Shown: positions 50,631 to 62,008, numbered from the stretch's first letter. The stretch: DNA of 64,000 nt from Octopus sinensis (GCF_006345805.1 NW_021830462.1:1-64000); one strand, 5' to 3'. Notes: a model not told the origin generated them from the sequence alone. Numbers and translations: made by a program.

Positions 50631-50633
<3 letters not shown>
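50502..50633 (-). mobile_element. Repeat family D fragment flanked by 27-bp inverted repeats
   Basis: Family D sequence; AATGCATCCCCTTCTACCTACAGTATA at 50465-50491 and its reverse complement at 50667-50693. Confidence 0.7.
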
Positions 50634-50673
<40 letters not shown>

Positions 50674-51329
50674 TAGGTAGAAGGGGATGCATTCAGTTGT
50701 AAGAGATATAAATCTACTACTTAAAATTGCATTGAAACTTATACATTTATTTGGTTATCTAAAATACTATGGCTTGCAGGTTTGTATATTTCTAGCAACA
50801 AGGAAGTTTTTAATAGTTTTTTTGTTCTTTTGTAACTTATTCTTACTCTCAATTTTTAATATATTTCTTACTGTTAGGTTGAAATTAGCAATGGAAGCTT
50901 TAGTAAAAATATTTCCTATTTCTTTTGAAGTTTTTCTTTGTGTCTTCTCTTATGTTCTTTGTCTTTTTTTTTATTTTCTAGACATTTTAATTTCTTTCTT
51001 CTTTTTTTCTTTTTTGTTGACTTTGTCATTAATATTTTTTCACCTCTAATTTTTCTTCTTGCCTTATCACTTTCCCTTGCTTGTTATTTTCTTCTATAGT
51101 TCTTTGTTCATTCTTTCCTTTGTCTTCCTTTTCTTTCTTTCCTTCTTTATCTCCTTCTTCGTCTTTGTCTTTTTCTTTTTGTTCTTTGGTTCCTAGCTTT
51201 TGTTTCTTCCTAGATCACCGAACAAAGAAAGTAAAACTTATTTCATAAATCATATGCTGCAAAATTATTAGCAAAAAAATAAATAATATATCTATGTTTT
51301 TTGGAGGTTGTTTGCTATGGCTGGTCAGA

Positions 51330-51389
51330 GAGTGACCATTGATTTCACACCTATAAAGTGCTTAGCTGTATAGGTGACTCATCAGACTC
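51330..51389 (-). ncRNA. Type-I hammerhead motif, intact core
   Basis: Minus strand GAGT CTGATGA GT CACCTATA-loop-TATAGGTG T GAAA TCAATGG T C ACTC. Confidence 0.75.
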
Positions 51390-51612
51390 AAAATGCTTAG
51401 ATGTATGTGTATGCTTGTGTATATATATATATATATATATGGCAGTGCCCCAGCATGGCCACAGCTCATGAGCTGAAACTAGAATCAATCAATCATATAT
51501 AATATTATATTAAATTAGAGATAAAACCACTAATTTAATATAATATATTTATACTATAAAATTGGATTTAATCCTAAATCTAATTTTTCCCTGTAAGTTT
51601 GGATTTATTCCC

Positions 51613-51662
<50 letters not shown>

Positions 51663-51749
51663 AATAAGGATAATATTGATATTTAAATACCGATATTATC
51701 AAGTGGCCAGCATGGGAATAAATACCATACAAAGGTAATAATTTTTTAC

Positions 51750-51884
51750 AACTAAAAATAAGGGTGTCTGAGAGACACCACCATGCCGAAATAGCAGTCA
51801 AATCCCTGAAGGTGGTTTTTAGAGTCAGGGATGTGATTGCCATTTCGACATGGTGGTGTCTCTCAGACACCCTTATTTTTAGTT
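51750..51884. other. 135-bp hairpin (60-bp arms, 15-nt loop)
   Basis: AACTAAAAATAAGGGTGTCTGAGAGACACCACCATG.CGAAAT.. mirrored by ..ATTTCGACATGGTGGTGTCTCTCAGACACCCTTATTTTTAGTT. Confidence 0.85.
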
Positions 51885-51932
51885 ATATATATATATATGT
51901 ATATATGTGTGTGTGTGTGTGTAAGCATTTTG

Positions 51933-52026
51933 TATACTACAGCTGTTTCAAAAGGGAACCAAGTGTCTATTACTATAACATTATGAATGTTTCATAGCTA
52001 TCCAGTGTCCTTTTCCATCAGGTACA
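51933..52026 (-). ncRNA. Long-stem-II hammerhead with A9>G core change; half-copy at 49984-50052
   Basis: Minus strand TGTAC CTGATGG AAAAGG..AACATT-CAT-AATGTT..CCTTTT GAAA CAGCTG T A GTATA. Confidence 0.65.
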
Positions 52027-52708
52027 TGAGGCCATTCTGTTGAAAATTATCTGCTGTAATGAACAAGGCAAAATAAAGAAATAAATAAACTGGGCTTGGA
52101 AGGAGTTGTACATTTTAAAGAATAAAAAAATGTGGAATGGAAAGGGGAAATGATAAAGAGCCAATGTCGTGCCCTACCCACAGATTACTTTAATGTGATA
52201 TATTGGGGTGTGGTTAGCTGCATACTGTGATTTATGGTGTGGCTACAGAAGATTCTAATCAGATTAACGTCCATCTGGGGGTCAATGGGAGGAAGTCGGC
52301 ACACAAAAGCAGGGGATGTTTATTACTTAGGAAAGATATAAAGTAATATAAAGACAGGAAAGGGAAAAGAAATTGGGAAAAAAGGGAAAAGGAAAAAGGA
52401 CCAAATAAAGTGACACTTGTACGTTATGTGTATATCCACACACATACTCATATACATCCGTCAACACACATAAAAATAAGAGCTGACACAGACGCAACGC
52501 ACGCATACACAGTATACCCACATATACATATAATTATATACACACATATAAACATATGTAAACAAATATATACGCATATACATACTGACACATATGTACA
52601 TACATGCCCACACACACATATATTCTTAGATATACACATGGCTAAACAAGAATACGTATACACATACTCGCTACTTATTCATAAACTCACAAAAATATGA
52701 CGTAATTT

Positions 52709-53111
52709 GGATCTTTTCGGTTTGAACGGCAGTTTTTTCTAGCGGTGTCATATGAAATTGTCACCCATAATTATGACTCTAGTATCGATCTATTGCATTT
52801 CAATCTATTTTAGGGGTGGGGAGAAGGGTATTTTTTTTCTTCACAAATGTAAATAAACCCAATCTGTTTCTTAAACGAGGGACATATTCATACGGCACAG
52901 AATGTTGTTTACCTCAATGGATGTCAGTGATTGGTTGAAATTGCAGAAATTGAAGAAAAAAACGACAAATATCTTACAAACTATAGAATTTTCTCAATAA
53001 AGCCAAGAGAAAAAGATGTTTTATAAACACATTCTACCAGTATACGAAGTTTAAAATTTTTTAGTTACCTAGAAATTATGTTAAAAACTGCCGTTGAAAC
53101 CGAAAAGATCC
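52709..53111. mobile_element. MITE with 29-bp TIRs and 8-bp TSD (hAT-like)
   Basis: GGATCTTTTCGGTTTGAACGGCAGTTTTT / AAAAACTGCCGTTGAAACCGAAAAGATCC; TSD CGTAATTT / CGCAATTT. Confidence 0.85.
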
Positions 53112-53369
53112 CGCAATTTTTACAAACAGATATATTGGTATTATGCTGATATAAAAGTATAATATCCCAAAAATACGTAAACACAATCATACACACAGAT
53201 AGAAGAAGTACGCTTGAAGATAATTAAACGTAATGGTAGAGAGAAGAAGCAATAATACATAAAACGCTGAGATGAGACAGGTGAACAAATATTAAATGTA
53301 TTGCTAAAAATGCTTAAATACATATACACACATACAAAAATGAAGAAAAGATATACACACACATTTTTG

Positions 53370-53786
53370 TTTTTTACGTGTTTCAGTCATTTGACTGCGG
53401 CCATGCTGGAGCACCGCCTTTAATCGAGCAACTCGACCCCGGGGCTTATTCTTTGTAAGCCCAGTACTTATTCTATCGGTCTTTTTTTGCAAAGTGACGG
53501 GGACATAAACACACCAGCATTGGTTGTCAAGCAATGCTAGGGGGACAAACACAGATACACAAACACACACACATACATACATATATATACATATATATAT
53601 ATATATATGTATATACATATATACGACGGGCTTCTTTCAGTTTCCGTCTACCAAATCCACTCACAAGGCTTTGGTCGGCCCGAGGCTAAAGTAGAAGACA
53701 CTTGCCCAAGGTGCCACGCGGTGGGACTGAACCCGGAACCATGTGGTTGGTTAGCAAGCTACTTACCACACAGCCACTCCTGCGCC
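53370..53786 (-). mobile_element. SINE family A, full length
   Basis: Identity to family A. Confidence 0.9.
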
Positions 53787-54017
53787 ACACACATAAGTAC
53801 GTTTAACGGCCATTGTACGTATAGTGAGAAGAAACATGAAAACATGGGTAGTAAAAGGTAAGACAAATCAGGAAAAAGTAATCTGACGCAACTATGTCTC
53901 ATGTGGGAAAGAATAATCAAGTTAGACTCATATACATAGGTACAAAAATTGTATGCTAAGAAACTAACCAACTGCTTTTACCAAAATCACTGGCTAATCC
54001 TATTATTTGATATATAT

Positions 54018-54073
54018 ATCTGCAAGCTCATCAGCATAGTCTGTCGACAGACTATGCTGATGAGCTTGCAGAT
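54018..54073. repeat. Perfect 56-bp spacerless palindrome
   Basis: ATCTGCAAGCTCATCAGCATAGTCTGTC|GACAGACTATGCTGATGAGCTTGCAGAT. Confidence 0.95.
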
Positions 54074-54350
54074 TTTCGCGTACGCATATACGTGAATATT
54101 AACAAGTGAAACTGATCGGTACATAGGTAATCGTTTTTGATTTCGTATATTTTCATTTGTCTTGCTTATTTTTTACACTTTGGTTTTGTGCTGAGTTTTT
54201 TCTTGAGAACACATTCTTCGTGGAAAATAGCGATTTTGACGTCTATATCTAGCATATTGACTGTCCACTTTTAGTGGTTGGTCCTTTAAATTTTATATAT
54301 ATATATATATATATAGGTAAGAAAGTTGGTATGTGAAAGCACGTGGTTGA

Positions 54351-54578
54351 ATATATAGAAAATAGTAAAAAGTGAAAAAACTACAGAAGGCTTGTTTTAA
54401 AAGGTTAAAAAATATATATTTGAGTCAATATGTCTGAAGAATGTTATAAATTTTTTTCATACAATGACATAGTTTAGAAGAAATGACCGGTTTCGCGTTC
54501 AGCTTTTCAAATTTCTTAAATCGTTATTTTTTAACCTTTTAAAACAAGCCTTCTGTAGTTTTTTCACTTTTTACTATT

Positions 54579-54588
<10 letters not shown>
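54351..54588. repeat. ~60-bp inverted repeats enclosing a hammerhead relic
   Basis: ATAGAAAATAGTAAAAAGTGAAAAAACTACAGAAGGCTTGTTTTAAAAGGTTAAAA and its reverse complement. Confidence 0.9.
54479..54516 (-). ncRNA. Minimal hammerhead relic (core C3>U, G8>A)
   Basis: Minus strand AGAAAT TTGAAAA GC-TGAAC-GC GAAA CCGG T C ATTTCT; perfect 6-bp stem I, palindrome ACCGGT. Confidence 0.6.
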
Positions 54589-54630
<42 letters not shown>

Positions 54631-54635
<5 letters not shown>

Positions 54636-55285
54636 AAATATTGAATTTTTAAATCTCTCGTAGAGACATGTACGGTGGTGGGGCGATAGAATGGTTGTAT
54701 ACTGTCAATCTAACAAGAACGTGACAGTAGGGGGTATATATATATATATAGAATGGCTGTATACTGTCAATCTAACAAGAACGTGACAGTAGGGGGTACA
54801 CCACCGCTGTATAGCCCTAGGAAGCATCGAACGCCTCCTGATAGCTTTGAAACATTTTCCCCCTGTGTCCTTATATAGACATACGAAGGGGAGACAAACA
54901 CCCCCGGCTGCCGGAACTGCATCTAGGGACACCGTGTTTCAGGATCGTTGTCCTTCGTCGGGCTAGAGTAGCAGACACCGGTCAGCAGGTGATATTTGTC
55001 TCGACTTCGTAATTCTATATATTTTTATTCAGTGAAGTTTATTCACTGATTATCAAAATAAGAAATATTGAATTTCTAAATCTCTCGTAGAGACATGTAC
55101 GGTGGTGGGGCGATAGAATGGTTGTATACTGTCAATCTAACAAGAACGTGACAGTCGTATGTCTATATAAGGACACAGGGAAAAAATGTGTCAAAGCTAT
55201 CAGGAGGCGTTCGATGCTTCCTAGGGCTATACAGCGGTGGTGTACCCCCTACTGTCACGTTCTTGTTAGATTGACAGTATACAAC

Positions 55286-55290
<5 letters not shown>
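54631..55290 (-). mobile_element. PLE-type pseudo-LTR structure with direct and inverted repeats and a hammerhead
   Basis: Direct repeats 54631-54728 / 55058-55155; inverted repeats 54751-54885 / 55156-55290; hammerhead 54922-54967; bounded by (TA)n. Confidence 0.75.
54922..54967 (-). ncRNA. Minimal type-I hammerhead (U4>C variant)
   Basis: Minus strand TCTAGC CCGACGA AGGA-CAACGA-TCCT GAAA CAC-G-GTG T C CCTAGA; stem III ACAC(G)GTGT. Confidence 0.7.
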
Positions 55291-55363
<73 letters not shown>

Positions 55364-55420
55364 TAATAATAATATGACAACAAAAGAGACATCGATATTA
55401 TGTAAATAGAGGAATTTATC

Positions 55421-55494
<74 letters not shown>

Positions 55495-55495
55495 G

Positions 55496-55575
<80 letters not shown>

Positions 55576-55700
55576 TGACTGAAGATTGAAGGCTTCGAAT
55601 GTCCCGTCCGTGCTTTTGTATCGTCTTCTAAATGTTTTGCGTTCTTGTCCCAGTTTGTATTTTTACATATATATATTTTTTTCATAGGTTTTTCTTTTAC

Positions 55701-55743
55701 TAACTGATGAGGATGTCTTTGGCATCTGAAACCCTGAGTATTA
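55701..55743 (+). ncRNA. Minimal hammerhead motif, intact core, weak stems I and III
   Basis: TAA CTGATGA GGATGT-CTTTG-GCATCT GAAA CCCTGAG T A TTA. Confidence 0.55.
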
Positions 55744-55765
55744 TTATGACAACTAATTGATTGTC

Positions 55766-55829
<64 letters not shown>

Positions 55830-56047
55830 AATTCACAAATAAATTATATATTCACCAATGCGGTGTTGAGCACTCATTTCATCATTCGACATTTATATGT
55901 GTGTGTGTGTGCGTGTGTATTTATATGTATATAGTTTCGTTATATCTTGTTAAGAACGTAGTAGAGTACAGTATAAAGCTCGTCCACCTTTAGATTTCAT
56001 CCTGTGCTATCCACAATGCAGGGAAACGGTTACATAACCAAATGCCT

Positions 56048-56093
56048 GCAAGTCTGAAGAAATACATTGCATAGAAACAATTGTAGTGATTGC
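56048..56093 (+). ncRNA. Hammerhead motif upstream of the PLE RT relic
   Basis: GCAAGT CTGAAGA AATACATTGCATA GAAA CAATTG T A GTGATTGC; same ACAATTGT palindrome as 458-501. Confidence 0.55.
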
Positions 56094-56429
56094 AAATAAA
56101 TGTCCAACCGTACACCTTGTTAATTCCAACTTTTTTAATCACACACACACACACACACACACATGTATATACGCTAATAGTGAACAATGAAAAATGAGTG
56201 CTCAAAACTGCATGGGTGGATTGGGGGGGGGTAACACGTGTACCAACACTTGCATGTGGTACGTTTGAACAATTGTGAAAATCTCTTCATATGAAACCAT
56301 TGGTTGCCTTGTTAAACCACAAATTAAGTGTGTGTGTGTGAGTGTGTAGTGCCGGAAAGTGTGAATATAGAGAGTACACTGGCTAGTCAGAATGTGACCA
56401 GCCTCTGCATAAATATCCACCATGATTTA

Positions 56430-56930
56430 GTAGTCCTAGAATTCTTGCTTTTAAAAAATACCTGCCCTGAATGCAAGATACATTTCCAAAACTTTATACT
56501 AGAAGGATCATTATTGGTGCTAGAAAATAACAAGTTCTTCGATAATAAATATTACCTTCAAATAAAAGGAACGGCAATGGGTACTCATGTTGCACCCATA
56601 TATGGAACATTAGTAATGGGATTCCTTGAGGAAAAAAATCTATGCTCATTCTGAGATTATTTCTGATTAGCATTCTCTATCGTATTTAAAAGAATATTGG
56701 AAAATATTTCTGGATGACTGCTTTATATTCTGGAAAAGAAGTAAGGACGACTTTGCAAGATTCCTTAAATTAATGTATTGCATTAATGAATGGAAATGAA
56801 TGAAAGGGACTTCCTTTTGGGGGCATTCTGATAATTAAGAATGAAACTCTTACTACAGATATCTACTGCAAGGATACGGACACACATAAATACATAGATT
56901 TTAGAATTTGCCACCCACCTCATATCATGT
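56430..56930 (+). mobile_element. Penelope-like reverse transcriptase relic
   Basis: LENNKFFDNKYYLQIKGTAMGTHVAPIYGTLVMGFLEE, then WKIFLDDCFIFW (YxDD-like) and TTDIYCKDTDTHKYIDFRICHP. Confidence 0.85.
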
Positions 56931-57044
56931 ATATTGATGTTAGTTTTTCTGAAGTTAAAATCAAGTGTGATGAAATCATACTTTAAATCTGTGGATCTTT
57001 GTTCATATCACTGGTATTCCTCATTAATAATGTGAGATATTACT

Positions 57045-57195
57045 TCCTGGGTTCAAATTTCACTGAAGTTGACTTTGCCTTTCACTCTTTTGGGGTCGAT
57101 AAAATAAGTACCAGTTGAGTACTGGGGTCGATGTAATCAACTTAGCCCTCTCACTCGAACTTGCTAGCCTCGTGTCATAATTTAAAATCAATAAT
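57045..57195 (+). mobile_element. Older SINE family C fragment
   Basis: GGGTTCAAATTTC.CTGAAGTTGACTTTGCCTTTCA..AATAAGTACCAGTTGAGTACTGGGG. Confidence 0.7.
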
Positions 57196-57261
57196 ATGAG
57201 ATATTCGCTACAGTGACTTACCTGACAACAGTTCAAATATTGTTTTACATTCACACACATA

Positions 57262-57610
57262 GGCGCAGGAGTGGCTGTGTGGTAAGTAGCTTGCTAACCA
57301 ACCACATGGTTCGGAGTTCAGTCCCACTGCGTGGCATCTTGGGCAAGTGTCTTCTGCTATAGCCCCGGGCCGACCAATATATATATATATATATGTTTGT
57401 GTGTGTTTGTGTGTCTGTGTTTGTCTCCCTAGCATTGCTTGACAACCGATGCTGGTGTGTTTACGTCCCCGTCACTTAGCGGTTCGGCAAAAGGGACCGA
57501 TAGAATAAGTACTGGGCTCACAAAAGAATAAGTCCCGGGGTCGAATTGCTCGATTAAAGGCGGTGCTCCAGCATGGCCGCAGTCAAAATGACTGAAACAA
57601 GAGATAAAGA
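57262..57610 (+). mobile_element. SINE family A with internal deletion
   Basis: Identity to family A; deletion after GGGCCGACCAA. Confidence 0.88.
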
Positions 57611-57683
57611 AAAAGAGAAAGTGATATTGTGTGATTTGAAGGATGTATGGATGTTATGTATATAACAGGTAAAAAATAGAAAG

Positions 57684-57716
<33 letters not shown>

Positions 57717-57923
57717 TAGTAGTAGTAGTAGTCATGATGGCTGTGGTAGGATAGTGTAGTAGGTGTAAGAGTGATGGTCATAGCTGGGGTATGATCAGTC
57801 ATGGTGCAGGTTGTTCATTTTCAGTTATATACTTAAGGGTCGATAGTTCTAAATCTTTTAGCGTCATATAAGCTGTAAGCTGGCATATATCTTTCCTTTG
57901 ATCTTATACAGGATAATGTCATT

Positions 57924-58330
57924 CTCTTTACTCTCTTTACCTTGTTTCAGTCATTTGACTGCGGCCATGCTGGAGCACCGCCTTTAGTCGAGCAAATCGA
58001 CCCGGGGACTTATTCTTTGTAAGCCCAGTACTTATTCTATCGGTCTCATTTTTGCCGAACCGCTAAGTGACGGGGACGTAAACACACCAGCATCGGTTGT
58101 CAAGCAATGCTAGGGAGACAAACACAGACACACAAACACACACACAAATATATATATACATATATACGACAGGCTTCTTTCAGTTTCCGTCTACCAAATC
58201 CACTCACAAGGCATCGGTCGGCCCGGGGCTATAGCAGAAGACACTTGCCCAAGATGCCACGCAGTGGGACTGAACCCGGAACCATGTGGTTGGTTAGCAA
58301 GCTACTTACCACACAGCCACTCCTGCGCCT
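57924..58330 (-). mobile_element. SINE family A, full length, inverted relative to 57262
   Basis: Identity to family A. Confidence 0.9.
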
Positions 58331-58558
58331 ATTGTTAGCAAATAATTTTCAGTTTATTACAATTTTAATGTTAGAGGCGGAGATATTGTGACATATTTTG
58401 CTTCTTGTCTTAAATGCACTCCCAAAATGTTGACTAAAGCTAAGACAAGTCTTTAGTGATCGAGACTGCATTTAAATGTTTACGACCCCATACAAACATA
58501 TGAATTATGGAACCCTCTTGAAAACTCTAGCTACAAGCATGGTATATTTGTAAGGCGT

Positions 58559-58951
58559 TGGAGGCGCAATGGCCCAGTGGTTAGGGCAGCGGTCTCGCGG
58601 TCATAGGATCGCGGTTTCGATTCCCAGACCGGGCGTTGTGAGTGTTTATTGAGCGAAAACACCTAAAAAAGCTCCACGAGGCTCCGGCAGGGATGGTGGT
58701 GATCCCTGCTGTACTCTTTCACCACAACTCTCTCTCACTCTTACTTCCTGTTTCTGTTGTACCTGTATTTCAAAGGGCCGGCCTTGTCACTCTCTGTGTC
58801 ACACTGAATATCCCCGAGAACTACGTTAAGGGTACACGTGTCTGTGGAGTGCTCAGCCACTTACACGTTAATTTCACGAGCAGGCTGTTCCGCTGATCGG
58901 ATCAACCGGAACCCTCGTCGTCGGAACCGACGTAGTGCTTCCATTCATTCA
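58559..58951 (+). mobile_element. SINE family B, full length, ~13-bp TSD
   Basis: TSD TTTGTAAGGCGTT / TTTGTTAGGCGTT. Confidence 0.88.
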
Positions 58952-59195
58952 TTTGTTAGGCGTTATGTTTGTTTGGGTGTTCTTGTGGAACAGCAGAATC
59001 CACAAGAACACCCAGAGATAATTAGTGAACTCCCTAGCGCTGTAAAGAATGTAAGAGAAGTTCAAGTGGATAAAATAATTTTCTAGAAAGCGGAGAAACC
59101 TTAGAGGAAGAACCTAAGGTCGATGTAATCAACCATCCCTTTCTCCTAAAATTGCTGGCTTTGTGCTAAAAACTGAAATCATTATTCTGCACATA

Positions 59196-59701
59196 CCGTA
59201 AATCCTCGAGTATAGTCCGCCCTTGAGTATAATACGCAGGGGATTTTTAGGGGGGTGTACCTCTGATAAACCTAAACTTTGTGTATAATACGCACCCCTT
59301 CTCTAACTTAAGTCGTGCGTAATTAAGCCAGCAGCACCTAGTCGAACAAACATTTCCGCGCATGCGTAATACAATAATGGTGATGTTCTTAACTGTTATA
59401 TGGGAATGTAAATATGTTTACAAATTGTTTTTGTTACATGTTATTCTGTGTTCTGAATACTTTTATTTTAATAAATGTTGCTTACTGCAAGTTATGGATG
59501 ATTCTTTTATGATTTCATTGCTTTCAGGCTTAGCTTAAGGTATTTTCGCGCCCGACATCTCAAAATGCGTCTGAATAAACATTGAGACTCGGACATTGCT
59601 TAGAAATTATTTTTCATTTTTAACTTAGTATATAGTACGCACTAGGTATTTTGACCTTTAAATTTTGCGGGAAAATGCGGATTATACTCGAGGATTTACG
59701 G
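59196..59701. mobile_element. Tc1/mariner superfamily (pogo/Tc2-like) MITE
   Basis: TA TSD; TIR CCGTAAATCCTCGAGTATA.TCCGC / GCGGATTATACTCGAGGATTTACGG. Confidence 0.88.
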
Positions 59702-59904
59702 TAATCACAAATATATTACCGATGTTTTGTAAGACGGTTGATTATGGGTGTAATTTGCAGATATGGTCGCAATTTCTTCCAGATTTTAGATGCACACGAT
59801 ATCATTACTCTTGGTTACAATACGAGTTTAGTAAAAGATGAGTAATGAATTTTCAAATACAGGGGTGGCGGTAGAGTGGAGACAGTAAAAAAGGCAGAGA
59901 AAGC

Positions 59905-59942
<38 letters not shown>

Positions 59943-60049
59943 TGGTGATGTGACGGATGCGTATGTGTCGTCATTAGCTCTAGTTATGAGTACTTGTGTG
60001 AGGTAATGAGCAATGAAGTGGAGTAGATGTGGAGTGAAAGTAAAGCAAC

Positions 60050-60710
60050 TGTAAAATGTTCATGCTGTAGTGGTTGTTGTTGTTGTGGTGTAGGTGGTGG
60101 TGGTTGCAGTTGTAGTTAGTGATAGCGTTGTTGTTGGTGGTAGTGGAATTTTTTCGTGCATGTATTGGTATTAATGGTAATCATTAGAAACGGCAAAGAA
60201 AGAGAAAGGAGGGGAATTAGAAAATAGGCTGGGTAGAAAAGGGGGTTGTACAGAAGATGATGGAACGTAGGTTGCAGTGTTGGTGGAGGTGTGAAAGGAT
60301 CAAGAGGGGTGGTGGTGGTGGTGTGGTGGTGGTGAGGTGAGTTGAGGAAGTAGTGGTGGTGGTATTAGTTGTAGGTGTTGCGAAACAACATTGCTGGTAG
60401 GGGTTAAGATATGACAGGGTCAAGAAAAGGAGGACAAAGAAGATAGCGACGAAAAAGAAAAGAGGAAAGAAAGGAAAAAAAATGAGTTTTAGTATTGGTG
60501 ATGTAGTGATGGCGGTAGTAGTGGAAGGGGTGTTGAGGTGGTGATGTGTTACCAGTAATGGTGACGGCGGCGGCGGTGGTGGTGGTGGTGATGGTGGTGG
60601 TAACAGTAATAGTGGTAATAGTTTGGGGAGGTTGGAATAATAATGGTGGTAGTAGAGGTGATGATGGCGGGGATGATGGTAGCAGCAGCAGCAGCAGTAG
60701 CAACAGCAGC

Positions 60711-60774
<64 letters not shown>

Positions 60775-60932
60775 ATAGTAGTAGTAGTAGTAGTGGTGGT
60801 GGTGGTGGTGGTGGTGGTGGTGGTGGTGGTGGTGGTGGTAACAGTAATAGTGGTAATAGTTTGGGGAGGTTGGAATAATAATGGTGGTAGCAGTGGTGAT
60901 GATGGCGGGGGGATGTTGGTAGCAGCAGCAGC

Positions 60933-60977
<45 letters not shown>

Positions 60978-61020
60978 GGTGGTGGTGGTGGTGGTGGTGG
61001 TGGTGGTGGTGGTGATGCTA
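60050..61020. repeat. GGT/AGT microsatellite with a duplicated ~90-bp spacer
   Basis: GTAACAGTAATAGTGGTAATAGTTTGGGGAGGTTGGAATAATAATGGTGGTAG at ~60600 and ~60838. Confidence 0.9.
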
Positions 61021-61312
61021 TTATGAGGGCAGTAACAGTAGCCTTTGCCTTTACTTTCACTTTCACTTTCTCCCTTCTTTCGGTTTTGCCCCCTTCTGCA
61101 TTACTCTTTCTTTCTTTCTCATCTTCTTTTTGTTTGTTCCACTCTTATTTTTTTACTTTTATTCTCTCTACCTTTTTCCTTTCTACCCTGCATATTTATT
61201 TTTTTATCAATTAGAAAATTGATTGATATAAAGCTAACTGTGAAGGATGAGCAAACGCTTTTGTGTTTGTATGTGTTTTGCATATATACATGTGTATGTA
61301 TATGCGAACATA

Positions 61313-61476
61313 GGCGCAGGAGTGGCTGTGTGGTAAGTAGCTTGCTAATCAACCACATGGTTCCGGGTTCAGTCCCACTGCGTGGCATCTTGGGCAAGTG
61401 TCTTCTGCTATAGCCCCGGGCCGACCAATGCCTTGTGAGTGGATTTGGTAGACGGAAACTGAAAGAAGCCTGTCGT
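61313..61476 (+). mobile_element. SINE family A, 5' half ending in its (TA)n tract
   Basis: Identity to family A. Confidence 0.88.
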
Positions 61477-61477
61477 C

Positions 61478-61517
<40 letters not shown>

Positions 61518-61552
61518 CGATACAGACGCCTCGTGTATATTTGTCCTCCAGG

Positions 61553-61647
61553 TTTTTCTGATGAAGTGTAACCTATGTAGATTGGCTTATTTAATTTAAT
61601 TAAGCTATTTAATCATTAATGACACAGAAACGTTGCAACGTCTAAAA
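61553..61647 (+). ncRNA. Type-I hammerhead motif, intact core, long stem II, 12-nt palindromic stem III
   Basis: TTTTT CTGATGA AGTGT..GGCTTA..TAAGCT..ACACA GAAA CGTTGCAACG T C TAAAA. Confidence 0.75.
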
Positions 61648-61767
61648 GATAATTGGGGTAAATGTTTTTTAATATTCACCTAATTTCTGAATTACTACTA
61701 CTTGGCGGTGTGAGTTATGGCTGCTCTTTCTGGTGGACGAATGACCTGTTAGGGTCACTCCTAATTG

Positions 61768-61846
<79 letters not shown>

Positions 61847-61864
61847 AATATATATATATATATA

Positions 61865-61904
<40 letters not shown>

Positions 61905-62008
61905 TATATATATATAGTTAATCCAAACATGAAAGCACAAAAAAAAACACAACAACGCGAGGACGTGGATTAAATATAGTATTATTGGACGCTCAGGAAA
62001 GAAGGAGG

